Of a stretch of 64,000 bases of DNA, positions 30,451-39,820 are shown piece by piece. The first letter of the stretch is position 1. Every line of letters begins with the position of its first letter. The stretch spans positions 672,001 through 736,000 of the forward strand of contig OZ244048.1 in the NCBI GenBank assembly GCA_965215265.1, in the 5' to 3' direction. The notes under the pieces are model-generated. The model did no database searches, was not told where the DNA came from, and saw only the letters and a list, made by a program, of their open reading frames with translations. The translations under genes and the position numbers were made by a program. This DNA is from Candidatus Poribacteria bacterium. Its GTDB lineage: Bacteria > Poribacteria > WGA-4E > WGA-3G.

Positions 30451-31845
30451 ATGCGTGATACAAAAGCCCCCAATATCTTGTTGATTGTTTCCGACGATCA
30501 CGCTGCCCCAGCCATTAGTTGCTATGGGCACCGGTTGAATCGCACCCCGAATATTGACAGAATTGGTGCCGGCGGCATGCGTTTCAACAACTGCTTCTGT
30601 ACGAATGCTATCTGCACACCGGCACGCGGTTCTATCCTTACCGGCAAATATAGCCATAAAACCGGCATTAAAACGCTCGCGGATACCATTGATCACGCAC
30701 AGGAGCAGACCGTTGCCCAGATGCTTCATCGCCATGGATATCAGACTGCGATTGTCGGGAAATGGCACCTCGGACACGGCGGTACTCATGACCCACACGG
30801 TTTTGATTATTGGAATGTGTTTCCTGTCCAAGGAAAGCACATTGATCCGGACATGATTGAGATGGGGCAGCGGAAAACATTCAATGGATACTCGGCGGAT
30901 GTCGTAACCGACTCTTCATTGGCGTGGTTGCAATGCAGACAGGATAATGCACCGTTTTTCCTTATGACAACCTATAAAGCGACGCATGACCCGTTTTTTC
31001 CTAATCCGAAGCACCTTAACCTATATACCGGACCCGTTCCAGAGCCGCCAACGTTTAATGATAACTATCAAAATCGGGCGGCGGCAGCCGCGATGAATAC
31101 AGCCCAGGTCGGCTTAATGCAACTGAAGAATCACTTGCCCGAGCCAACGCCCGAACATCTCAGGAATGATGCATTGAAGCAGTGGAACTATCAGTGCTAC
31201 ATGCAGAACTACTTCCGCTGTGCACATGCTATTGACGAAAACGTTGGAAGACTGCTTGATTATCTTGATGAAGAGGGTTTGGCAGAAGATACGCTCGTCA
31301 TCTATTCCGCAGACCACGGTTTCTTTTTAGGGGATCACGGTTGGTATGATAAAAGGTTCATGTACGAAGAATCAATTCGGATTCCATTGCTTGTGAGGTA
31401 TCCACGCGAAATTCCACCCGCAGTCGTCAGCGAACAGATTGCACTGAACGTCGATTTTGCACCGACGCTTCTTGATTACGCTGGACTTCCGATTCCAGAC
31501 GATGTGCAGGGCAGGAGCCTCCGTACTTCATTAGGAGGTGAAACGCCAGATGATTGGCGTACATCAATGTACTACCGGTATTGGATGCACCGCGCACATT
31601 TCAACATTCCAGCGCATTACGGTGTGCGGACAGAACGATACAAACTAATCTATTATTATGGACAATCCCTCGGGGCATCTGGTGCAGTAGATCGGGACAC
31701 ACCGCCAGAATGGGAACTGTTTGACTTAGAGAAGGATCCGCATGAGATGAACAACGTCTACACACAGGCCGCGTACGCCGGAGCTGTTGTGGAGTTGAAG
31801 GGCGAACTGCAACGGCTGCGGGATGAACTAGAGGATTACGAGTGA
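30451..31845 (+). CDS. Sulfatase (Cys-type, N-acetylglucosamine-6-sulfatase-like)
   Basis: PNILLIVSDDH, CTPARGSILTGKYSH, GKWHL, GFFLGDHGWYDKRFMYEES, HYGVRTERYKLI. Confidence 0.93.
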   Translation: MRDTKAPNILLIVSDDHAAPAISCYGHRLNRTPNIDRIGAGGMRFNNCFCTNAICTPARGSILTGKYSHKTGIKTLADTIDHAQEQTVAQMLHRHGYQTAIVGKWHLGHGGTHDPHGFDYWNVFPVQGKHIDPDMIEMGQRKTFNGYSADVVTDSSLAWLQCRQDNAPFFLMTTYKATHDPFFPNPKHLNLYTGPVPEPPTFNDNYQNRAAAAAMNTAQVGLMQLKNHLPEPTPEHLRNDALKQWNYQCYMQNYFRCAHAIDENVGRLLDYLDEEGLAEDTLVIYSADHGFFLGDHGWYDKRFMYEESIRIPLLVRYPREIPPAVVSEQIALNVDFAPTLLDYAGLPIPDDVQGRSLRTSLGGETPDDWRTSMYYRYWMHRAHFNIPAHYGVRTERYKLIYYYGQSLGASGAVDRDTPPEWELFDLEKDPHEMNNVYTQAAYAGAVVELKGELQRLRDELEDYE

Positions 31846-31860
31846 AATTGGAGGTTAAGA

Positions 31861-31896
31861 ACTCGTCGTCGCGCAATCCATTGCACGACGACGAGT
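31861..31896. terminator. GC-rich hairpin downstream of the sulfatase (putative terminator)
   Basis: ACTCGTCGTCG-CGCAA-TCCA-TTGCA-CGACGACGAGT; no clear U-tract. Confidence 0.5.
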
Positions 31897-32160
31897 CAAA
31901 CGGATGGACAGATCTTTACACATCGGGATTCTTCGAAACAGAGCCGCCTCAGGGGTTCAAACAGATAGTCCCAGAGGTGCAAATAGGATATGCACCCGCA
32001 GCCTGTACATATACCACTTAAGTGTATCGTGAACTGGAGCTCACTGCAGCTGAGGAATCGTGCCGTCTGGACTGTTCGAGCCCTATTGCACTATTTGTGG
32101 GTAAAGGTATCTTAAGAAGCATTCTAAAATGTGTAGACGTTCAGAACTGCCCGCTATTAC

Positions 32161-33504
32161 CTAAGAGAGCCCACCTAAGCTAGAAGTACTATCGCCTAAC
32201 TGCGGTAAATTCACATTCATACGGTTCAGCAACGCCAGCCAGAGATTATTGAGAGGCGTTTCGGTTGGATACTTGATGTGTCGCCCACTTTTAATCGTAC
32301 CACAGCCGTTGCCAGCAAGGAGAATAGGCAAATCGTGATGGCTGTGCCGATTCCCATCGGCGTTGCCACTACCGTACACAATCATTGAATGATCAAGTAG
32401 TGAACCGTCCCCTTCAGGTGTCGCGTCAAGTTTTTCCAAGAGGTACGCAAGTTGCTGTGTATGGAAAACGTTAATCTGATGGACTTTTTCCTTCTTCTGT
32501 TCATCGCCACCATGGTGCGTGAGTTCGTGGTGCCCTTCTGGAACATTGATAATTGGATAAGACCTGTTACTTCCTTCATTTGCTATCACGAAAGTAACGA
32601 TGCGAGTTACATCTGTCTGAAATGCGAGCACAATCAGGTCTGCCATCAGCCGGAAATGTTCTTGAAAATTTTCAGGGATCTCTTCTGGGACGTTATATTC
32701 CGGGCTTTTAATCGGTGGAAATTTTTCAGTTGATTCAATTCGCAGCTCAATATCGCGAATAGCGGAGAAATACTCGTCAAGTTTGCGCGTATCATTCCGG
32801 CCGACTTTGCGGAGCAGGCCTTTTGAATCCTCTTTGACAAAATCGAGTATACTTTTCCGTTGCCGGTCGCGTTGGGCACGTTGGGGATTTGGTAAAGTCG
32901 AAAACAGCCTTTCAAAAGCGAGTTTAGGATTCACCTCTTTGGGGAGGGGTTGCGTCGCGGAGCGCCATGACAACGTTGATGAATAGACGCAGCTATAACC
33001 GGAGTCGCAATTCCCAGCCCTTCTTCCTTGCTCGATTCCGAGTTCTAGCGAAGGCAGCCGTGTGTGATTGCCGATTTGGGCAGCCGCAGCTTGATCTGCA
33101 GAAACCCCGGCGCGAATATCGGCCCCGTCGGTTTTACGCGGTTGTGTCCCGGTTAGGAAGGCTGACATCGCCCGGGCATGATCTCCGCCACCATCGCCAT
33201 TGTGCCGTGCTTTATCTGCGGTAAGCCCGCTGAGTATCAACGTTTTATCTTTTACCTGTTCCAGGGGTTTTAAAATGCTCGGGAGTTCAAAGTTAGCACC
33301 TACCTGTTTCGGTGTCCAATGTTCCATAATCTTCCCGTTGGGGATGTACAGGAATGCTATCCGATTAGTCGGTGTTTGCAATCCACTTGCAGGTGTGTTT
33401 GCAAACGCTGCTAGGGGTCCCATCGCTTCCAGCCACGGGAGAGCAATACTGACACCGAGCCCGCGTAAAAATGTTCGACGTGAAAGTTGTTTTGATTCCT
33501 TCAT
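32161..33504 (-). CDS. DUF1552 (HXXSHH-type) Tat-exported protein
   Basis: SRRTFLRGLG..LPWLEAM, GNCDSGYSCVYS, AFQTDVTR, GHHELTHH, DGNRHSHHDLP; AAAGGAGG RBS before 33504. Confidence 0.9.
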   Translation of the reverse strand: MKESKQLSRRTFLRGLGVSIALPWLEAMGPLAAFANTPASGLQTPTNRIAFLYIPNGKIMEHWTPKQVGANFELPSILKPLEQVKDKTLILSGLTADKARHNGDGGGDHARAMSAFLTGTQPRKTDGADIRAGVSADQAAAAQIGNHTRLPSLELGIEQGRRAGNCDSGYSCVYSSTLSWRSATQPLPKEVNPKLAFERLFSTLPNPQRAQRDRQRKSILDFVKEDSKGLLRKVGRNDTRKLDEYFSAIRDIELRIESTEKFPPIKSPEYNVPEEIPENFQEHFRLMADLIVLAFQTDVTRIVTFVIANEGSNRSYPIINVPEGHHELTHHGGDEQKKEKVHQINVFHTQQLAYLLEKLDATPEGDGSLLDHSMIVYGSGNADGNRHSHHDLPILLAGNGCGTIKSGRHIKYPTETPLNNLWLALLNRMNVNLPQLGDSTSSLGGLS

Positions 33505-33570
33505 AACTCCTCCTTTATATCGCGTTGGATGTGCTACGGAGTTTCTATTTTTTTTCAAATTTTAGCTAAC

Positions 33571-34614
33571 TTAAAAGAGTGGTACTCCTTGTGCTTCTAC
33601 ATAAACCGAGTATAGAGATTGGCTACCTGCCATAAAGAGTCTATTCCGTTTCACGCCGCCGAAGCAGACGTTTGCACAAATTTCTGGTAGGTGAATTTTA
33701 CCGATAAGCATTCCGTCTGGTGCGAAGATATGTACGCCATCGTAACCTTCACCAACCCAGCCTGCACCTGCCCACAGATTCCCATCAATATCACATCGAA
33801 TGCCATCGGCGGCACCGGGTGCCATGTTACAAAATGCCTGTTCGTTGCTGAGGCGCTCACCGCCTATAACATCGTAGACTAAAATGTTTTTTGGTGTGCC
33901 GGTGTCAGAGATATAGAGTTTGTCATAGTTAGGCGAAAAACAGAGCCCATTCGGTCTTTCCGGTTGAGATGTCACGACTGTTGCTTCTCCTGTGTCTGGA
34001 TTCAGGCGATAAACAGAAGTTGGCAATTCAAATTCTGCTTTATGTCCTTCATAATTGAACAGGATGCCGTACCCTGGATCGGTAAACCAGATATGCCCAT
34101 CAGGATGAGTTACCACATCGTTGGGTGCGTTGAACCGTTTTCCGTCAAAATTGTCGATTAGCACCGTGGTCGTCCCGTCATATTCTGTTCGTGTGACGCG
34201 GCGTGTGCCGTGTTCACAACTGATGAGCCTACCTTGCCGGTCGCGCGTGTGCCCGTTGGTATAGTTAGAAGGTTTTCGGTAGACACTTACCTGACCGGTC
34301 GCTTCTTGCCATTTCAGGATTCGGTTGTTTGGAATATCACTCCAAAGGAGGAAACCGCCATCACCGAACCAGATAGGCCCCTCGGACCAGCGTGCACCGG
34401 TCCATAACCTTTCCACAACAGCGTTTCCAATTTTGTATTTGGCGAAACGCGGGGTAACAACTTCAATCGCTGGGTCAGGGTACCGAGTAATCGTTTGAGA
34501 GTTTGTAGATGTATCTGCCCACGTTGCCAGGGGCGCGATGACTTCCAGCCACGGTACGGCTGCAGTGACACCTAAACCGCCTAAAAATTTTCGACGTGAA
34601 AACTGCGTTGACAT
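33571..34614 (-). CDS. SMP-30/gluconolactonase family protein with Tat signal
   Basis: SEGPIW, SDIPNNR, NGHTRDRQGRL, FNAPNDV, PNGLCFSP, DGIRCDIDGNLW. Confidence 0.92.
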   Translation of the reverse strand: MSTQFSRRKFLGGLGVTAAVPWLEVIAPLATWADTSTNSQTITRYPDPAIEVVTPRFAKYKIGNAVVERLWTGARWSEGPIWFGDGGFLLWSDIPNNRILKWQEATGQVSVYRKPSNYTNGHTRDRQGRLISCEHGTRRVTRTEYDGTTTVLIDNFDGKRFNAPNDVVTHPDGHIWFTDPGYGILFNYEGHKAEFELPTSVYRLNPDTGEATVVTSQPERPNGLCFSPNYDKLYISDTGTPKNILVYDVIGGERLSNEQAFCNMAPGAADGIRCDIDGNLWAGAGWVGEGYDGVHIFAPDGMLIGKIHLPEICANVCFGGVKRNRLFMAGSQSLYSVYVEAQGVPLF

Positions 34615-34616
34615 GT

Positions 34617-37061
34617 TTATTGTTTCTCCTCTGTTCCTCTACGTAACCGAAACGGGTCGCTTTTCACGATTTCTGTGATAAGGACAGAGCTTTTGTAATT
34701 TTTCAATTTTAGTTGGGTGACAATCTGTTCAACGGTTGGCCGGTCGTAATAGGCTAATCCCCTGCCTAAAGCATAGGTTAGCATTTTCTCCGTTAAGCAG
34801 CGTGCAAAATCCTGTTGCCTATCTATGAGAATCTGTTTTAAGTCTGTTATGTCTTCAAATGATGTTCCACCCGGCAAGACTCCAGTTGTATCAATCTCAA
34901 ATTCTCCGTCTTTCGTCCGGAATGCCCCAATTGCGTTGTAGTTTTCGAGGGCGAACCCGATAGGATCCATTTTTGCGTGGCAATTTGCACAACTGGGGTC
35001 TTCTCTGTGTTGTTCAAGACGTTGTCGTAAAGTCTTCGCGTTAATTACACCGTGTTCCTCCTCCAATTCTGGAACATCCGGTGGCGGTGGTGGCGGTGGT
35101 GCGCCGAGGAGTTGTTCCAAAACCCAACGTCCGCGTTTAACAGGCGAGGTACGCGTCGGGTTGGAGGTCGCTGTCAGAACGCTCGCTTGGGTAAGGATGC
35201 CGCCGCGCGAGCTACCTTGCAGCGCAACCCGCCGGAACCTTCTACCTCTAATTTTGTGACCGCCGGGAACGTTTGCCGGTTGTCCGAGCCAATTGCCTTT
35301 CGTATCTGCAATGCCGTAGTGGTTTGCCAAGGTCTGATTGAGGAATGTGTAGTCAGCATTAAGCAGCTCAAGGATACTCCGGTCCTCTTGAAAAATTGAT
35401 TGTAAAAATAACTCTGTCTCTTTCAACATCGCTGTTCTAAGTCTCAGCGTGAAGGTTGGAAAACGTTCGGCATCCGGAGCGACGGTTGCCAGTCGTTGAA
35501 TTTGTAACCATTGCGTACCGAAATTGCGTGCGAGTGCTGCTTTTGGATCCGCCAGCATCCGCTGAACTTCTGACTCAAGATTAGCAGTCAGTTGATTCTG
35601 CTTTGCAAGTTGAAGGAGTCTATCATCTGGCATGCTGCTCCACAAGAAGTAGGAGAGCCGCGAGGCGAGTTGAAACTCATCAATCGGCCGTGGGCTTGGA
35701 CTTTGGGAACGGTCATCTAACTCCAATCGGAAGAGGAATTTCGGTGAACAGAGGATAACTTTAATCGCTTCCTGGATGCCGGCTTCCCACTCTGAACCCT
35801 GCGCTTGGACATTTTCTACAAACTGAGCGAGTTGTTCTACTTCGGACTTGCTCGGTGGACGACGATACCCGCGGCGTAGTAGACGAGTCAATACTTCACG
35901 CGTCTGTTCGGTTTGCGGAATGCCTGGCGTGCAGGCTAAAATCTTGAAATGGGAGTCCGGTCTGGTTTCTAGTGGGCCTTCGGACCACAAGGTACGAACC
36001 CAGAGTTTGGCGTGCAGTTGCCCATCTGTTGGTTTAACCATTGCGATGCCCGCGCTTTCAATGCCAGCCATGCGGCTGATAAGGTATTCAATTGTCTGAT
36101 TTTTTTTCGGTTCACGAGCTGTAATTTCAAAGGTTTCCAAGATTTTGATTCTGTTATTTGATGCCGGGTCAACACCGAGGAGTTGTGCCAATTCGTCTGG
36201 AGTAGAGAATTCCTCTAACGTTTCGCCTTGAACGAATAGAGCAACTTCAACGGGGGTTTCAGCATCGGTTTCGGTATAAAGCGTGGCACGGTAGATAAGT
36301 TCAGCATCGGGGCTGAGTTTGAGGGATTTTGCATCTGTGGTAAAAGGACCCGATTTCCACGCTTCTGTTGCTGTCGGATCTAACACACGGAAACGTTCGT
36401 AAGGGACATCGTCGTGGCGCGGGTGCAGGTTCCGGCCGTTCACGTAACGTTTGGACGGCGGCGGTGCGTCCACGAGGATGACGCGGCTGGCGATTGCCTC
36501 GGCTGCTTCAAGATACCGTTCCATTAGGAGCGGGGACATACTTAACACATCACCGATATTATCAAACCCGTATCCGACATCATCGGCCGGGAAATTTTCG
36601 GTCGGGTCAAAATCAACGCCCAATAAGTCACGCACGCTGTTTTTATATTCAACTTTATTGAGGCGGCGTACTGTGATTCGTCCTGGATCCGGCTCCGCCG
36701 TGCGATCCGCGTGGGCAAAGATCGCTTCAACAGTCTCGATAAAAGACTCCGATTCTTCTAGAAGCGGTTGCTCGCTATCCGCTGGTGGCATAAAACCGGT
36801 AGATAGCATCTCTAAAACCGTTTCCCAAACATCACGATTTTCGATTAACGAACGATTATCTTCAAAGACATCAAGAGCAAGTTCGGCAGCAGGCTGATCT
36901 CCGGCATGACAACCGAAGCAGAACTGCTCCATGAAGGGGATGCCCTTTTGAGCAAAGTCCGGCGTTGTCTCCGTTCCTAAATTGGTGGTGAAGCTGAAGA
37001 ACACAAGCACCAAGCTCGTGCATAGATAGGGCGAAATGTCATTGAAGGACACAACGGGCAT
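34617..37061 (-). CDS. DUF1592-family (DUF1587/1595/1592/1588/1585) planctomycete-type cytochrome c protein
   Basis: CFGCH and CANCH haem motifs, RRLNKVEYKNSVRDL, LASRLSYFLWSSMPD, RTSPVKRGRWVL, KMLTYALGR. Confidence 0.92.
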   Translation of the reverse strand: MPVVSFNDISPYLCTSLVLVFFSFTTNLGTETTPDFAQKGIPFMEQFCFGCHAGDQPAAELALDVFEDNRSLIENRDVWETVLEMLSTGFMPPADSEQPLLEESESFIETVEAIFAHADRTAEPDPGRITVRRLNKVEYKNSVRDLLGVDFDPTENFPADDVGYGFDNIGDVLSMSPLLMERYLEAAEAIASRVILVDAPPPSKRYVNGRNLHPRHDDVPYERFRVLDPTATEAWKSGPFTTDAKSLKLSPDAELIYRATLYTETDAETPVEVALFVQGETLEEFSTPDELAQLLGVDPASNNRIKILETFEITAREPKKNQTIEYLISRMAGIESAGIAMVKPTDGQLHAKLWVRTLWSEGPLETRPDSHFKILACTPGIPQTEQTREVLTRLLRRGYRRPPSKSEVEQLAQFVENVQAQGSEWEAGIQEAIKVILCSPKFLFRLELDDRSQSPSPRPIDEFQLASRLSYFLWSSMPDDRLLQLAKQNQLTANLESEVQRMLADPKAALARNFGTQWLQIQRLATVAPDAERFPTFTLRLRTAMLKETELFLQSIFQEDRSILELLNADYTFLNQTLANHYGIADTKGNWLGQPANVPGGHKIRGRRFRRVALQGSSRGGILTQASVLTATSNPTRTSPVKRGRWVLEQLLGAPPPPPPPDVPELEEEHGVINAKTLRQRLEQHREDPSCANCHAKMDPIGFALENYNAIGAFRTKDGEFEIDTTGVLPGGTSFEDITDLKQILIDRQQDFARCLTEKMLTYALGRGLAYYDRPTVEQIVTQLKLKNYKSSVLITEIVKSDPFRLRRGTEEKQ

Positions 37062-37205
37062 TGATATACTTCCCCCAGCTTAAGGATTGCAATATGATAT
37101 AAAATGATACCATATTTCCGCAGCGAAATCAAGGAAAAAAATAAGGCTTTGGCATTTCTCTAAGAAGATAGGGGTGCCGTTCTGCTGAACGAAATCGTCC
37201 ATTCC

Positions 37206-39755
37206 CTAATCATCTACATTAATCCCCAATTGGATAAACGCTTCTCTAATCTTATCCTCGTAATCTTGTTCTGACATTTCACCTCCGGTTGCCCGTAGTT
37301 CTAATTGAAGGTTGTTGAAATGCCGTTGTAGCAAGTTCATCACGCCCATGAGCCCAGCCACTTGCCCTTTCGGCACGGTGAATTGCAAGTGAACTTGGTT
37401 CCGTCCACTTGGTACCGGGGGTGACAAATCAATGCCTGCTTCGGTATCCTTGTTTTCATCTTCCTCAATGTCTGGTTGAGGTATATCCTTAATAGAATAG
37501 TCATCATTACCATCTTTTTTTGCTTCCTGCTGAGTGATGCAGATGTCTTCACGAATTATCACCTCATTTTCTGAAAAAGCGACGGCGAGTGGGTATTCTT
37601 TGAAATAGTGGTAGACCGGCTCGCCCCCTTCTAATTCCCCCAATCCGAACAACCCTTGTTGCACCCCCTCCTGGATTCCTAATTTCCATACCTCTTGACT
37701 GATAACGCGTGCCTCACCCGGGGTCTGTATGCTCGATTGATATAACTGTGTTGTAGAGACTGATTCGTTGTGGGTAAGGTAGCGCTCCTGAATCACTAAC
37801 GGATGGATGCTTTCGAGAATCTCCTCACCTAATTTCAACTTATCGTAAACCGCTTTGTCAAGTTTGCTCTCATCATACGTTGGAACCCCCAAATCTTCTT
37901 TTTTCAGTCCGTCTTTTGTAGGAATGAATAAAGTCCGGTAATACCGCCTCAGTATATGATTCAGACCATCTTCCGCTTTTTTCAACTCGTCCCGAACTTT
38001 CTTCTGTTGTTCTGGCGAGAGTCGAAGCGTTTTATCACTTTTAAGAGCTCGGTAGGCAATAAGTTTTTCCAACTGATTGTAAAAGTCTGTCTGCTCTGGT
38101 TCCGATGGTACGAGGAAGAAAAGCGTATTTCGGTTTGCCCTAGGTATGTCTCCCTTTTCTTCCAACATGCTGTTCATCAATGCCTCGTCGTGTACCTTGA
38201 GGAGAATCAGTTTCAATTCAACGTTATCTGGAATGTCTGAGCCATCTTTTGGCCAGATAAAGGTTTTAAGCTGTCCGGATGAGAGGTTGTTTTTCAATGC
38301 TGTTTCCTCAACCTTCTCTATTTCCGGGCGGGTGATATTCTCCATTCGGGTGAGCAAGATATGGTTGAGATTGGGCTGGTTGGTGAAATAACTCCTTTTC
38401 TTCTCCTGCTGCAGGTAAAACAGTTTTCCGCGCAGCAGCTCGCTGGCTTCGGCAACAACGCTGGCTGGATGCTCTGTTGTAGTTGCGCTCCGTTTAATCT
38501 CCCTGGGGGAGGCCCCCTTCTCGGTCCCACCTGAAAAAGAGTACAGAAAAACGGTTCTCGCAGCGCGGCTCCCCAATCTGAATCCTTTATACGCATTACC
38601 GAGTTGGGTATCCACCTGCTTTGCCCCAGCATTTTCACCCGTGATGTCCGCGGCGATAACGCTGTCGTACTCCTGACCGATGTGCTTGAGTAACTCCCGC
38701 CGAATTTCCTGAACATCGAAATCGAAATCAGCCACACTGATGTAAGGAATCGCTTCTTCTCTAACCGCATTCAGTACAATTGCCAACAAGCGGAGCACCC
38801 CGCGTGTACGCTGAAAATTCGGGAAACTCCCCCATCGCTGATACAGTACGTCAACCGTTTCAGGGAGAAACGGATAAGCAGCCTCAAACTGCTTTTGATA
38901 AACGGACGGTTCCATGCCGGGCGGCAGCAGCGATTCGCTAGCGGCGTACTCCATAAACTCACGGATTACTTCCGCAGCAGCACCCTGATTAATCGACGCG
39001 AAAAGCCGATGCCTGATGACTTCGCTGATTTCATGCTCCTGCACAGGGGTATGAATTTTTTCCACTCGTCCTCCCACATGTTGTAACTGGTTAAAGAACC
39101 ACTCAGCTTGTTTGCCATAATGTTCCATACGACTGGATGGCAGTGTGAAGACGAGGGCGACCTTTTCTAAGATGCCTACAGCTTCTGTCAACTCCTGCAT
39201 AAACGCCAACGTCTGTGATGCCAACGTGCTATCTCCCACTTGCACCCCGGCGGCTTTGGTAAGATATTCCAGCACCTCATCCATCAAGATGAGCACGGGT
39301 TGTTTCTCTAGGAGCAATTCGTAAATGGCATCGCGCCCCGGTGAAGTCCTGCTATCAAAACGGTTTAGTTTCCCCGTCAGCTGCTTTTCAAGCATCGCCC
39401 AGAGCGTATCGGTTGCACTCATCGGTGTCCCGACGAGCACTACTCTATTTGCATCCCATGCACCCGCTTTGTGATACATTGCAATCAGCGCGTGCGTCTT
39501 ACCACCGCCAAAGGGGGTCTGCAGTTGAATGACTGCGTCCCTGCCCAGACCGTTTAGCCGCCTTTCAACAATAGAAAGGAGTCGATTGAGTTCTTTGGTC
39601 TCGTACGTCTTCTGAAAGAATTGCGTGGGGTCTTTGTACTCATCTGGTGCTTCACCTCTGAACACCTGCCACAGGTCCGCAGCGAATACGTCCAGCGTGA
39701 GACTGCCCTCTAAAATATCGCGGTGTGGCACCGCAATGGTATGGAATGGCTTCAT
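37206..39755 (-). CDS. DUF499 AAA+ ATPase (BrxC-related)
   Basis: FAADL, LQTPFGGGKTHALIA, LILMDE, YPFLPE, FQRTRGVLRLLA, QPNLN; AAGGAG RBS before 39755. Confidence 0.92.
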   Translation of the reverse strand: MKPFHTIAVPHRDILEGSLTLDVFAADLWQVFRGEAPDEYKDPTQFFQKTYETKELNRLLSIVERRLNGLGRDAVIQLQTPFGGGKTHALIAMYHKAGAWDANRVVLVGTPMSATDTLWAMLEKQLTGKLNRFDSRTSPGRDAIYELLLEKQPVLILMDEVLEYLTKAAGVQVGDSTLASQTLAFMQELTEAVGILEKVALVFTLPSSRMEHYGKQAEWFFNQLQHVGGRVEKIHTPVQEHEISEVIRHRLFASINQGAAAEVIREFMEYAASESLLPPGMEPSVYQKQFEAAYPFLPETVDVLYQRWGSFPNFQRTRGVLRLLAIVLNAVREEAIPYISVADFDFDVQEIRRELLKHIGQEYDSVIAADITGENAGAKQVDTQLGNAYKGFRLGSRAARTVFLYSFSGGTEKGASPREIKRSATTTEHPASVVAEASELLRGKLFYLQQEKKRSYFTNQPNLNHILLTRMENITRPEIEKVEETALKNNLSSGQLKTFIWPKDGSDIPDNVELKLILLKVHDEALMNSMLEEKGDIPRANRNTLFFLVPSEPEQTDFYNQLEKLIAYRALKSDKTLRLSPEQQKKVRDELKKAEDGLNHILRRYYRTLFIPTKDGLKKEDLGVPTYDESKLDKAVYDKLKLGEEILESIHPLVIQERYLTHNESVSTTQLYQSSIQTPGEARVISQEVWKLGIQEGVQQGLFGLGELEGGEPVYHYFKEYPLAVAFSENEVIIREDICITQQEAKKDGNDDYSIKDIPQPDIEEDENKDTEAGIDLSPPVPSGRNQVHLQFTVPKGQVAGLMGVMNLLQRHFNNLQLELRATGGEMSEQDYEDKIREAFIQLGINVDD

Positions 39756-39820
39756 GTACTTATCTCCTTTAGGAATGTTTTTGCTAAGAATGTTCGAATA
39801 TCCAACGTTCACGGACGGAC

